Below are positions 27,365 through 36,489 of a DNA stretch of 64,000 nucleotides, in pieces. The stretch lies in IMG/VR virus record IMGVR_UViG_3300011270_000006, one strand, 5' to 3'. The notes beneath the pieces were generated by a model, which ran no database searches, was not told the DNA's origin, and saw only the letters and a program-made list of their open reading frames with translations. Within the stretch, counting starts at the first letter, position 1; the number at the start of each line of letters is the position of its first letter. The position numbers were made by a program, and so were the translations under genes. Source of the stretch: a virus.

Positions 27365-27767
27365 TCTAACACTCTGCAAGGAATGTGGTGGCGTTATCGG
27401 CGTGACGTATAGAGGCGCTATTATTTCCTTTGACATGGCTCAACACGTGAACGCAGAAGTTTACCATCCACCTATAACTATTAGGGATACTCGCACGACT
27501 GAATACCGTTTGTGCCTCGGTCATCCTGCGCCGAAGCACGATGGCATGTTGGATAAGCGAGATCCACGCAATTATTACCATGCTTCCGTTGAGGTGCAAA
27601 CGAATTGGAGTGCGTGCGATGGCAGCCAAGTTGTTGTCGTAAGTGGCGGGTATGGCGACTGCGAGAGCAATCAGGTGCTCATTGATCCGGCACAAGCGCT
27701 TTCACTGCTGGTATGGTTGCAAGAGCAGCAGAGCACGCTAGAAGAGTTAGCGAGGAGGCAATCATGA
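27357..27767 (+). CDS. hypothetical Cys-containing protein, paralog B
   Basis: Tandem paralog of 26957-27364; both end with a WLQ...LE.LAR motif. Confidence 0.5.
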   Translation: MNDLTLCKECGGVIGVTYRGAIISFDMAQHVNAEVYHPPITIRDTRTTEYRLCLGHPAPKHDGMLDKRDPRNYYHASVEVQTNWSACDGSQVVVVSGGYGDCESNQVLIDPAQALSLLVWLQEQQSTLEELARRQS

Positions 27768-28027
27768 CCGTCAAAGAACTTCTCGAACAATTACAGGACT
27801 GCAACCCAGAGGACACTGTAATCCTCGCCAAAGACTCCGAAGGCAACGACTTCTCTCCAATGTCAGAGATTACTGAAGGTAGGTACGTGGCAGAGAGTAC
27901 ATGGAGTGGTACCGTGCTGCTACGAGAATTGACGCCAGAACTGGTGCAAGAAGGGTACACCGAAGAGGATGTTGGCGACTTGGATGCTGGCGCAGTGAAT
28001 TGCGTCACGATCTGGCCGACGAATTGA
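27764..28027 (+). CDS. hypothetical protein
   Basis: Start at 27764 with RBS GAGGAGG. Confidence 0.45.
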   Translation: MTVKELLEQLQDCNPEDTVILAKDSEGNDFSPMSEITEGRYVAESTWSGTVLLRELTPELVQEGYTEEDVGDLDAGAVNCVTIWPTN

Positions 28028-28038
28028 GGAAAGATATC

Positions 28039-28260
28039 ATGATGCAATGGCTATCTCAACGCTGGAGACACCTCACACACAGCCTGCACGCCGCTATGCA
28101 GGCAAAGACGTGTCAGTTTTGTGGCATCTTCTGTCTCTTCGGTGGCATGTCCACCAGTGAGCATCGTTTCTTCTGTGGGCAGCATTGCCACGACATGGAG
28201 CGAGCATGGCTGGCAAGACGTGCGAATTGCGACAAGAGGGCATCAAATCATATTGAGTGA
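28039..28260 (+). CDS. small Cys/His-rich protein
   Basis: CQFCG...CGQHCHD. Confidence 0.4.
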   Translation: MMQWLSQRWRHLTHSLHAAMQAKTCQFCGIFCLFGGMSTSEHRFFCGQHCHDMERAWLARRANCDKRASNHIE

Positions 28261-28386
28261 GTGATGAAGCGAAGCAACGAAGCGGCGTATGCCTCTCGTA
28301 GGTTGAAGCAATACGGCGTGACAAATGAAGAAAATAAGCCATCTAAGCAACATTACTCAGATGGATCTATACCAGACGGCATGGCA

Positions 28387-29106
28387 TCAACGCCGATGAG
28401 GATAATCATAACTCAATTGAAAGTACGCGCCGACGAGCGTTGAGCGGACAAACATAATCGTCCTACCCTCTTGTGTGAGAAAATGCTTTCTTACCTCCAG
28501 TACCGGGGTAGTGCGAACGATACTCAACAGAGACATCTCATCAGGCGTAGGGAGCCGGGTGAAAACGTCATCATGAATGTTCGCTATGGCAATCCCAGTT
28601 GCCTCTCTGATTCTGCCAGCAACGTTCATGTTGGGATCTTGTTTCATCTCACTGAGAAATGGCGTGGCAAGATCACCGGGATACCAATTTTCATGCAGAC
28701 GATATGGGACTTCAGCCGTTCCTTGCTTACGCATCCGATGAACAACGTGTGCACCTTCTGCTAGTCCGAAGATTACAGCGATATCAGCAGGCGCAGGAAC
28801 AACACTCGGTTCGACAAGATTGTCAGTGACAGGCACCAGCCCTTGCTGAAGGAGAAATTTGTCAAACAGGGGTGATCCGGGGATGCGCATAAGTGGGTAG
28901 TTAACATAGTAGTTCTTGTCTCTCGCAACAACGATCCCCTCGGCTTGCAGGCGTTGCAAGGCTTGATATACCGTTGATTTCCCTGTTTGATAGATCTTTG
29001 CCATCTGAGCGAGGGACGGCAATCGCCCTTTCGTACCAAAATCGCTTTTTTTGATCTGTTGACGTAGCACGTTCACGAGTGCTTCAACTTTACTGTCTGG
29101 GGTCAT
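28387..29106 (-). CDS. GntR-family transcriptional regulator with UTRA effector domain (HutC subfamily-like)
   Basis: N-terminal LPSLAQMAKIYQTGKSTVYQALQRLQAEGIVVAR is a GntR wHTH; the C-terminal ~150 aa fit the UTRA fold; start may be 29106 or 29175. Confidence 0.7.
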   Translation of the reverse strand: MTPDSKVEALVNVLRQQIKKSDFGTKGRLPSLAQMAKIYQTGKSTVYQALQRLQAEGIVVARDKNYYVNYPLMRIPGSPLFDKFLLQQGLVPVTDNLVEPSVVPAPADIAVIFGLAEGAHVVHRMRKQGTAEVPYRLHENWYPGDLATPFLSEMKQDPNMNVAGRIREATGIAIANIHDDVFTRLPTPDEMSLLSIVRTTPVLEVRKHFLTQEGRTIMFVRSTLVGAYFQLSYDYPHRR

Positions 29107-29260
29107 TGATGTTCCCTTTGCATTCAAAATGCCTTGACGAAATGATGTAGTGTCATGTACTATTGAAATTAGCAAGCCGTTCGCAACGATTGGACGGAAC
29201 GACTGAGAAGATCACAAATGCTATCGTTGTATTTTGACAGGTTTATTAGAGGAGTATACC

Positions 29261-29308
29261 ATGTTCGGAACGTTCGGTCAATTCGTTGCGAACGTTCCGA
29301 ACACGTAG
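29261..29308 (+). other. 15-codon mini-ORF (MFGTFGQFVANVPNT) with strong RBS, built over nested palindromes
   Basis: AGAGGAG lies 6 nt upstream of the ATG; the ORF spans the inverted repeat GTTCGGAACGTTCG / CGAACGTTCCGAAC; possibly a leader peptide or operator cluster. Confidence 0.2.
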
Positions 29309-29327
29309 TCACACACATTATTTAGTC

Positions 29328-29362
29328 GTCTCTACTGCATGCTGCGAACATGCAGTAGAGAC
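29328..29362. other. perfect 14-bp stem-loop GTCTCTACTGCATG-ctgcgaa-CATGCAGTAGAGAC
   Basis: Seen directly; no flanking U-run, so it looks like a protein-binding palindrome or RNA processing hairpin rather than a classical terminator. Confidence 0.5.
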
Positions 29363-29449
29363 TAACCTAACCAGTAATTAGCGTACTGCTTAGGCTGTAG
29401 CACATTCTACGTGCTTGGCCTGGGCAATGCAAGCAGAAAGAGGAGCATT

Positions 29450-29752
29450 ATGTTAGACCAAGCACAGGCACAAACAGCAACAACACCAACTTTATTGTTA
29501 CTTCAAGATCCTAGTTTCCTAGAGGGCTTCACCGATGGACGCCTCGCATGTCAGGAAAACGCGTATGGCGATGATCGACAGTGGGACGAGTCCGACATTA
29601 TCCGCTTCATACGCAAAGAGATTTCCTTCCAGATGCGCAAGCGCGAGAGAAGCCTCGACATAGCAACGGGAGACGAAACACTCCCGATCATCCATCATGT
29701 GGGATTCGTGATGGGCTATCTTGACGGCGTGCTCAGTCAAGATCAGCAATAG
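29450..29752 (+). CDS. hypothetical protein
   Basis: Start at 29450 with RBS AGAGGAG. Confidence 0.5.
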   Translation: MLDQAQAQTATTPTLLLLQDPSFLEGFTDGRLACQENAYGDDRQWDESDIIRFIRKEISFQMRKRERSLDIATGDETLPIIHHVGFVMGYLDGVLSQDQQ

Positions 29753-29921
29753 GGTATAATTATAATCTGGCTACTTACTTGCATCGCAGGTAGGTAGCCG
29801 CTCATTGGAAACGGAAGAGGTGGAAGGGATGTTATTTCCAATAACTAGTGATCATAATATTTCACTTATTAACGAGATTATGGGTTTATCGCGCAAAGCC
29901 TTGCGATGTATTGCCAGGGGG

Positions 29922-29967
29922 TTGACATTTGTTGCGCAACGCTCTATACTGTATCTGTTGCGCAACA
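29922..29967 (+). promoter_or_regulatory. sigma70-like promoter TTGACA-17-TATACT with two 12-bp palindromic operators TGTTGCGCAACG/TGTTGCGCAACA
   Basis: Operator 1 at 29930-29941 sits in the spacer; operator 2 at 29956-29967 sits just downstream of the -10; a related CGCAAagccTTGCG is at 29892-29905. Confidence 0.5.
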
Positions 29968-29985
29968 TCAACATTGAGGAACTGG

Positions 29986-30192
29986 ATGAATATGAGCCGA
30001 TTGCGGGATTTATTCAAAAACGAAGGCTTTACCATTCACATGCATACACGCCGCAAGGGGCTAAAATATGTGTATGCAGCGTGGAGGGATGGGGGGAAAG
30101 TCAAGCAAAAATACTTTGCTCCTCAAACCAGGGCGGAGCTAATGACGGAAGAACAAGTACTAGAAAAACTAGTCTTGCTCAAAATAAAATAA
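29986..30192 (+). CDS. small basic protein, possibly an AP2/arm-type DNA-binding domain
   Basis: MNMSRLRDLFKNEGFTIHMHTRRKGLKYVYAAWRDGGKVKQKYFAP resembles integrase arm-binding/AP2-like folds; immediately downstream of the operator-controlled promoter. Confidence 0.4.
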   Translation: MNMSRLRDLFKNEGFTIHMHTRRKGLKYVYAAWRDGGKVKQKYFAPQTRAELMTEEQVLEKLVLLKIK

Positions 30193-30194
30193 AA

Positions 30195-30213
30195 GCCGCC
30201 AATTACTGGCGGC
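30195..30213. terminator. GC hairpin GCCGCCA-attac-TGGCGGC, likely a terminator (U-run on the minus strand, A-run on the plus strand)
   Basis: Immediately after the stop at 30192; on the minus strand it is followed by TTTTATTTTATTTT. Confidence 0.4.
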
Positions 30214-30373
30214 GATTGAAAAACTTAGTAGCCAACCATTTACCTGACGATTACGACCCGGAAGGTGAATGGCTTAGGAATGTGCTACCTTCATGTCTCT
30301 AAGTATACACTACTTGGCAGCAGTTATACAAGTAGTATAGAGACATGGGTGCATATTAGAAAGTGTGTGCTCA

Positions 30374-30771
30374 TGCCAAAAGCAAAGAAGAAACCTCAAC
30401 CCAAACCGAGCGACCTCGCCAGCTTCTGGAAACTCACACGAGATAGACAGGGGAAAGTAAGAGATCGCTATGCTCCTACACTGCCATTCCAGGAGTTGGA
30501 GAGACATGGCATCGCCTATGAGGTAAGTCATGGCGACGAAGTTACTGATCTGGATGCGCTCGTTGCCCAGATCCTGCTCATGCCTGTCAACGATGAGTTC
30601 ACTGTCGACCTTTGGAATGGCAATGCCAAGTTAGGGCGCGGCGAGTACTTCCGAAGCGACAGGACACACCAACTGGTGGAAGTCCTTCACGAAGAGGAGA
30701 ATGCAGTAGGACTGGGTATCGTTCTCAATGAGAAGTACAGGCTAGTGGAGAATAGTGAGGCAGTGCAGTGA
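30374..30771 (+). CDS. hypothetical protein
   Basis: ORF with start at MPKAKKKPQ; weak RBS. Confidence 0.45.
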
Positions 30772-32018
30772 AAGCCATAGATATCTTTACCGGCATTGGC
30801 GGGTGGAATGTGGCGTTATCAACGCTTGGTATCCAGGTGATCATGGCTGCCAATCATAGCCAACCCTCACTTGCTACCAATCGGTTGAACTTCCCCGATA
30901 CCGAGCAAATCCATCTCGATATCATGCAGTGCGATCCTGCACTGATCCCAGATGCGGATCTGTTGTGCGCCAGCCCGGAATGCACCAACCATAGCCATTC
31001 CAAAGGCGTACGATTGCTCTCGCAGAATCAGTTACGTCTGCCCGGTATCTGGACGGATCGCTCTGATGATCCCTTCGTCACGCTCTCCAGAGAAACGATG
31101 AATGGCGTGCATCGTTGGGCTGAAATTAAAGCCTTGCAAGGAAATCCATTCAAAGTCATTTTCCTAGAGAATGTGACGGATATCTATCATTGGAGTGGGT
31201 TGAATGGCTGGTATGCCAACATGGAAAAGCTTGGCTATCATGCTCAGACGATATCCTTCAATAGCATGTTTGCTCGTCCCTTTCCGGTACCCGTACCTCA
31301 GAGTCGGGATCGCTGCTATATCGTGCTCACCCGTCATGGCCTTCCAATCCCTGATATCGCTATTCGCCCGGCTGCTCATTGCCGTTTCTGTCAGGGAGAA
31401 GTCGAAGCCATCCAGTGCTGGCGCAAAACCGCCCAAAATGTACCATTTGGCGACTATGGCGACCAATATGACTACCGTTGCCCAAATTGCAATACGGAAG
31501 TGGTGCCAACGTCTACACCTGCTTACACGGTCATCGATTGGGATTTACCTACGCCGCCGATTGGGGATCGCACCCGACCATTGTGCGAGGAAACCATGCT
31601 CAAAATACACAAGGGACTGCGATGGTACACCTCGCTCACTCCAGACCAGCAGGCACGAAAAACGTTCATGTTGAGCTATTACAAAAATGCCGTCTTACGC
31701 AATGTAGACGGGGTAGCAGGCACCGTCACCACGAGAGATAGGCATGCGCTCATCTCTCTGCCTACCAGTTGGAATCCGGGTGAGGCGGCTCCTGATGTCA
31801 ATCAGTGTGGGTATCGCATGTTTACTTGGTACGAATATCAGCGTTTGATGGGACTCCCTGAGTCTTTCAGGTTCGCCTGTAATGTGACGGAGCGCAAACG
31901 TCAGTTAGGGCTTGCGGTGACACCAGCAGCAGCGCTAGAGGTGGTCAGTCGTGGACTAGCTGCGCTTGGTCATCTTGATATGTATACACACTATAGTGGG
32001 AATGAGGATGTGGCATGA
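30768..32018 (+). CDS. DNA (cytosine-5)-methyltransferase
   Basis: Motif I DIFTGIGGW, motif IV ASPECTNHS (PC catalytic Cys), motif VI FLENV, and a C-terminal target-recognition region. Confidence 0.8.
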   Translation: MKAIDIFTGIGGWNVALSTLGIQVIMAANHSQPSLATNRLNFPDTEQIHLDIMQCDPALIPDADLLCASPECTNHSHSKGVRLLSQNQLRLPGIWTDRSDDPFVTLSRETMNGVHRWAEIKALQGNPFKVIFLENVTDIYHWSGLNGWYANMEKLGYHAQTISFNSMFARPFPVPVPQSRDRCYIVLTRHGLPIPDIAIRPAAHCRFCQGEVEAIQCWRKTAQNVPFGDYGDQYDYRCPNCNTEVVPTSTPAYTVIDWDLPTPPIGDRTRPLCEETMLKIHKGLRWYTSLTPDQQARKTFMLSYYKNAVLRNVDGVAGTVTTRDRHALISLPTSWNPGEAAPDVNQCGYRMFTWYEYQRLMGLPESFRFACNVTERKRQLGLAVTPAAALEVVSRGLAALGHLDMYTHYSGNEDVA

Positions 32019-33694
32019 GTAGCACTACACCGACGACCAATGATGTTCTCGATCAAAAAGAGGCGGCGCACGCTATTAATAACTACACTCGTGTAGCCAA
32101 TATGCTTGTTGATGGCTACACCGAATTGCACCCACAGGATAAATGGCTATTTGTCTGCCTTGACCGGCTGTGTGGCAAGGAGAAGAACCGCTACCTCTCA
32201 CTGCGCTATATCTCAAAACGTACCGGCTTCTCTCCTAGTGTTCTCAGCGACAACAAAAAAGACGGGAAGCCAGGCATGATCAAACGGTTACATGATGCTG
32301 GACTTATTCACGCTGAGATCAAACGTCGGATCACCAACGACGGCGACGAGGAAAAGAATGCACAGTATCACATCACCATCACCGATACGTGGGCGCTCAA
32401 CTATGCTTTCTATAACGGCGCAACCCGTTCGGAATCAGAACAGGCTACAGAAGAAGAGTCAAAACCTGTTCTGATTCCGAACAAACCTGTTCTAAAACAG
32501 AACGGGAAAGTCAAAACCTGTTCTGATTCCGAACAAACCTGTTCTGATTCCGGTACAATAGTAAGATTACAAGATAAGATTACAGATTCTAGTAAGATTA
32601 CAGAACAAGAGAACGATTCGCCCAACGCGTCACCATCCGCAACCTTGTCTTCGTCTAGCGACTCAGACGCCTCTCACACACAACGAATCCTCGCAATGCT
32701 ACAAGACGAGAACGCGCAACTCAAAGCGATGATCGCGCAACTCACATCCATGCACAACTCTGTATCCGCCGTGAGCACCGATGAGCACGCTACACCCCCA
32801 CGCCAGCATGTGGACGAGTACACCCCCGACGAGGACCGTACTGGCGCATTACCCACCCAGGGTCGGGGTATTGTAGAGCCGATGATACCGGATGAAGCAA
32901 GCGTTCATATAGCCCCAATGGATACACGAAATGATGCCTCTTCTGAGCCGACACCACACCAGGGTTCCGTGCAAGATGCGCAAAATGGTGTAGTCGCAGT
33001 GGCTATAAGCAAGCAAGCAGAGTTATCTAGTGTGACGCCTCATGTTGAGCCTGTTAAGTCAGTAGCGGAAAAGGTAAAACCGACAATACGCACTAGCAAG
33101 AAAGTCGTGGCGGTGCCTGTTGGTCCTCCAGAGTTGCCGGGTGATGATGCCGTTTGGAATGCAGAGACAATCGTGCAGATCCATGAGGCGCATCAAGGAC
33201 GCCGTTACCCCAATGGGGCGAAGCGTGCTGCTAATCGTGTACGTGACAAAGAGCTTGCTGCGTCGGAAGACATGTTGCTGATGACCGACATTTGGGAGAG
33301 CGATAACACTGCTGAGAATCGAAGACGCTTGCTCAAGATTATCATTCGCCAGGAGACACGCAAAGAGAACTGGTGGCTTGAGACGAATGGGCATATCACG
33401 CCACACCAATTGGTGGAAAAGGACCGCATTCATCAGATGGTGGATGAGTTAAAGCGCATGAAGCAGGAAAAACGCGCTAATTTCCAGTCGATTAGCGGTC
33501 AACGCAACTACACCTATCAGCCAGAGTTGCCGGGTGAGCAAGAGCAAGAGCAAGAGCAAGCAAAACCATTGCCCTATACCATCATGCCACAAGTATCACA
33601 ACCGAGGATTGATGCAACCCCCATACGTCCATCGACACGGCGTTTAACCTTACGCCGTCCGGTTTCAGTCACTCAGGAGTCAGTGGCAAAGTAG
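32015..33694 (+). CDS. replication-initiator-like protein carrying internal iterons
   Basis: N-terminal wHTH-like region (lambda O / DnaD-type architecture), low-complexity Ser/Asp/Gln-rich middle; lies directly upstream of dnaB; contains the iteron array at 32425-32610. Confidence 0.5.
   Translation: MSSTTPTTNDVLDQKEAAHAINNYTRVANMLVDGYTELHPQDKWLFVCLDRLCGKEKNRYLSLRYISKRTGFSPSVLSDNKKDGKPGMIKRLHDAGLIHAEIKRRITNDGDEEKNAQYHITITDTWALNYAFYNGATRSESEQATEEESKPVLIPNKPVLKQNGKVKTCSDSEQTCSDSGTIVRLQDKITDSSKITEQENDSPNASPSATLSSSSDSDASHTQRILAMLQDENAQLKAMIAQLTSMHNSVSAVSTDEHATPPRQHVDEYTPDEDRTGALPTQGRGIVEPMIPDEASVHIAPMDTRNDASSEPTPHQGSVQDAQNGVVAVAISKQAELSSVTPHVEPVKSVAEKVKPTIRTSKKVVAVPVGPPELPGDDAVWNAETIVQIHEAHQGRRYPNGAKRAANRVRDKELAASEDMLLMTDIWESDNTAENRRRLLKIIIRQETRKENWWLETNGHITPHQLVEKDRIHQMVDELKRMKQEKRANFQSISGQRNYTYQPELPGEQEQEQEQAKPLPYTIMPQVSQPRIDATPIRPSTRRLTLRRPVSVTQESVAK
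32425..32610. repeat. candidate origin of replication: five copies of the GTTCTGATTCCGAAC-type iteron plus three TAAGATTACA repeats
   Basis: Copies at 32427-32444 (inverted), 32465-32482, 32486-32508, 32517-32534 and 32538-32553, then GTAAGATTACA at 32561, 32576 and 32593. Confidence 0.5.
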
Positions 33695-33719
33695 TTTCGT
33701 TGCAGAGAGGAAAGAAACC

Positions 33720-35066
33720 ATGAGCAACCACTTAGAGCCTATGTTACCTAGCTCTATCGAGGCAGAACAAGCTGTGCTCGGTAGCATTCTCATTGATCCT
33801 GACGCGCTCGTCCTGGTCAGTGACTTCTTGAATGCCGAGGACTTTTACCGTGATGCGCACCGCTCCATCTATGAGGTCATGCACTATCTACTTGAGCGAC
33901 AAGAACCTGCTGATATTATCTCCGTTTCCGATGAACTAGGACGCCGTAATGTCCATCTCGATTTGAAGCGTGACAACTTCTTTTACCTGCAATCGCTCGT
34001 CAATTGTATTCCCACCAGTGGGAATGCCGAGATGTATGCGCATATGATCGTCGAGAAAGCCATCCTGCGTCGTCTCCTGCATGCGGCTGGCACAATAGCC
34101 GCATCTGCACAAAATGACACGGCGGAAGAGGCGATCCTGCACGCAGAAGAAGCCATCTTTGCTATCTCACAACGTCAGCATACTGCTACCTACGCGCCAA
34201 TCGCTGATGTGGTATCCCGATGTATGAGCAAGATGGAGATGGTAAGTCAGAAGCGCGGATCAATCATTGGTGTACCAACTGGGTACGTCGATCTCGACAG
34301 AATGTTGGGAGGGCTACGTAGGAAAGCTCTCTATATCCTGGCTGCTCGCCCTGCACAGGGGAAAAGTGCTCTCGCGCTCAATATTGGTTATCATGCGGCA
34401 ACCAATGGCTATAAGGTCGCATTCTTCTCTTTGGAAATGGGTGATGAAGAATTAGCGTTTAGACTGATCTCGATGGAATCGGGTGTGGAAAGTCGCAGAT
34501 TGCAGGATGGATGGATCGAGGATGAGGACTGGCCGAAGGTTGAGGATGCCATGACGCGCATCTCTGAAAGTCAAATGGTGATTGACGAGACGGGCGGACT
34601 CTCCATCGCGATGCTACGTAGCCGAGTGCGACAGATACAAGCGAAGCAGGGGCTAGACTTCATCATTGTGGATTACCTGCAACTGCTTAATGCGAAGAAG
34701 GATGGTCGCCCTATTGAGAACCGTGTACAGGAGATTAGCGAGATTAGCCGCAATCTAAAGATGATTGCAAAAGAGTTGGACGTGCCTGTGCTTGCGCTTG
34801 CGCAGTTATCGCGTGCCGTTGAGTACCGAGCGTCGAAGATTCCGCAATTATCAGATCTACGGGAAAGTGGAAGTATCGAGGCCGATGCCGATTGTGTTAT
34901 TGGGCTGTATCGCGACATTGTTTACAACCCTGCAACCGAGAATCCAAACGCAGCAGATCTCATTATCTTAAAAAACCGGAGCGGCCCTACGGGTGAAATA
35001 CGATTACATTTCGTCCCAAGTAAAACGAAATTTTATAACATGATGGTAAGCCCTTCGGAGGAATAG
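33720..35066 (+). CDS. dnaB: replicative DNA helicase DnaB
   Basis: N-terminal DnaB domain (AEQAVLGSILIDPD), Walker A ARPAQGKSALALN, and H2/H3/H4 motifs (IIVDYLQLL, LAQLSR, LIILKNR). Confidence 0.9.
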   Translation: MSNHLEPMLPSSIEAEQAVLGSILIDPDALVLVSDFLNAEDFYRDAHRSIYEVMHYLLERQEPADIISVSDELGRRNVHLDLKRDNFFYLQSLVNCIPTSGNAEMYAHMIVEKAILRRLLHAAGTIAASAQNDTAEEAILHAEEAIFAISQRQHTATYAPIADVVSRCMSKMEMVSQKRGSIIGVPTGYVDLDRMLGGLRRKALYILAARPAQGKSALALNIGYHAATNGYKVAFFSLEMGDEELAFRLISMESGVESRRLQDGWIEDEDWPKVEDAMTRISESQMVIDETGGLSIAMLRSRVRQIQAKQGLDFIIVDYLQLLNAKKDGRPIENRVQEISEISRNLKMIAKELDVPVLALAQLSRAVEYRASKIPQLSDLRESGSIEADADCVIGLYRDIVYNPATENPNAADLIILKNRSGPTGEIRLHFVPSKTKFYNMMVSPSEE

Positions 35067-35070
35067 GACT

Positions 35071-35280
35071 GTGAATGATGAGCAAATCCTGACATGGGCG
35101 GAACACTGGCACTTTCCGCAACTGGTGGCTGATGGGTATGTGGTCAGGGCTGGTCACTCATCCTGGCTGAATGCAATGTGCGTGTGTGCAAAAGTAGAGA
35201 AAGAGGCAGTAATCATGCGTATCGAACAATGGAATACGTTGGTAGATCCAGCGTCTATGCAAGGAGCGCAAAATGGATAA
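35071..35280 (+). CDS. hypothetical protein (weak)
   Basis: ORF 69 aa. Confidence 0.3.
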   Translation: MNDEQILTWAEHWHFPQLVADGYVVRAGHSSWLNAMCVCAKVEKEAVIMRIEQWNTLVDPASMQGAQNG

Positions 35281-36034
35281 GCAGCGTATCATGCGGCTAA
35301 AAACGATGCCTTATGAGGCGTATCTCAAAACGCCAGAGTGGGCGGAAAAACGGGAACAGGCTCTAGAGCGTGACGATCACCGATGTAGGGCTTGCAATAG
35401 TGATGAAGCACTACAGGTCCATCACCGCACCTATGCACGTCGTGGGCATGAGGATCTGAACGATTTGACGACGCTTTGCGGTCCTTGCCATGAGCACTTT
35501 CATCAGAAGATAAGTCAAGATGAAATCCTGACGAGAACCTACACACCGCCCCTTGACCCGGCACTGAGAGAAGAACGAAAACGAAAAGATGAACAAAAGT
35601 GGGAAGATTACCTTATCGGGCTTCTTCTCCAGCGACCTGACCTTTGTCCACATGTTTGCGGAATACTCAATGAAGATGATTTTACAAGTAAGGATACTAA
35701 AGCACTCTACCAGTTAATAAGGGTAACCTATCCCACGTCCAAACTTGATCCACAAAACATTCCCTCTGAGTTAGCGCATGCTGTCTCCAGGGCAAACGCC
35801 ATAATGGATGCAAGACCACCGAAAAATGATGTGAAAGACATTGAAAACATCATCCAATGTGCTACCCGTCTCAAACGTCAACGCCTCTTGCGATCAAATG
35901 AGGAGATCAAACGTCTTATCCGAGAAGCCTCTGAGTCTGGCGACAACGAGAAACTACGGCAATTACAGTATCAGATGGTAGGGATCTATCAGCAACTACG
36001 AACTATCGATACCGCTACGCATCTGAGAGGTTGA
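35273..36034 (+). CDS. HNH endonuclease domain protein with C-terminal helical extension
   Basis: HRCRACNSDEALQVHHRTY...CGPCHEHFH is a classic HNH with a zinc-binding CxxC pair. Confidence 0.6.
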   Translation: MDKQRIMRLKTMPYEAYLKTPEWAEKREQALERDDHRCRACNSDEALQVHHRTYARRGHEDLNDLTTLCGPCHEHFHQKISQDEILTRTYTPPLDPALREERKRKDEQKWEDYLIGLLLQRPDLCPHVCGILNEDDFTSKDTKALYQLIRVTYPTSKLDPQNIPSELAHAVSRANAIMDARPPKNDVKDIENIIQCATRLKRQRLLRSNEEIKRLIREASESGDNEKLRQLQYQMVGIYQQLRTIDTATHLRG

Positions 36035-36108
36035 AGCACATGGAATTACAGACAACGACTCATTACGAAGTCATATCGACAAGCAAGCAGAGTGAAAAGT
36101 AGAGGTGC

Positions 36109-36489
36109 ATGATGCAAACAATAACCCCTTCAGCAGTCGAAACCAAATACCTCATTGCCGCATGTCGTCATTGCGGCAAACCTCACTTCGAGGAGGAGAT
36201 CTATGAGAAAAGCGGTGCATTACATTGTCGTCGCACTGGCTTGGTAGTTGAGCGCATGGAGTCGCCAATGCCAATTCGCATCTATCGCTTTGCTTGGCAT
36301 CGCATCACTATTAAGCGTCATGTCGTGCTGAGTGGTGGCAGATTGCGTGCTGGTACATCGTTCCCTTTGCGCGATCCGCAGATTATCGATGGGCATTTGC
36401 ATGTGGAGACACCGCAGTATGGTGTGGTGCTGATTCCGATGGATGCCGTACAGATGGAGCCGTGCAATGCGCCAGTGGGGGTAAAGTGA
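36109..36489 (+). CDS. hypothetical zinc-ribbon protein
   Basis: CRHCGK...C. Confidence 0.4.
   Translation: MMQTITPSAVETKYLIAACRHCGKPHFEEEIYEKSGALHCRRTGLVVERMESPMPIRIYRFAWHRITIKRHVVLSGGRLRAGTSFPLRDPQIIDGHLHVETPQYGVVLIPMDAVQMEPCNAPVGVK

Noticed and set aside
29805-30302. 165-aa ORF from the six-frame track
   Set aside because: It contains a sigma70 promoter with two perfect palindromic operators and overlaps a well-positioned 68-aa gene in another frame. It is more likely a chance ORF across a regulatory region, but conservation was not checked.
33536-33560. (GAGCAA)n hexanucleotide repeat
   Set aside because: It is in frame inside the initiator-like gene, encoding EQEQEQ. It is probably just a low-complexity coding repeat.
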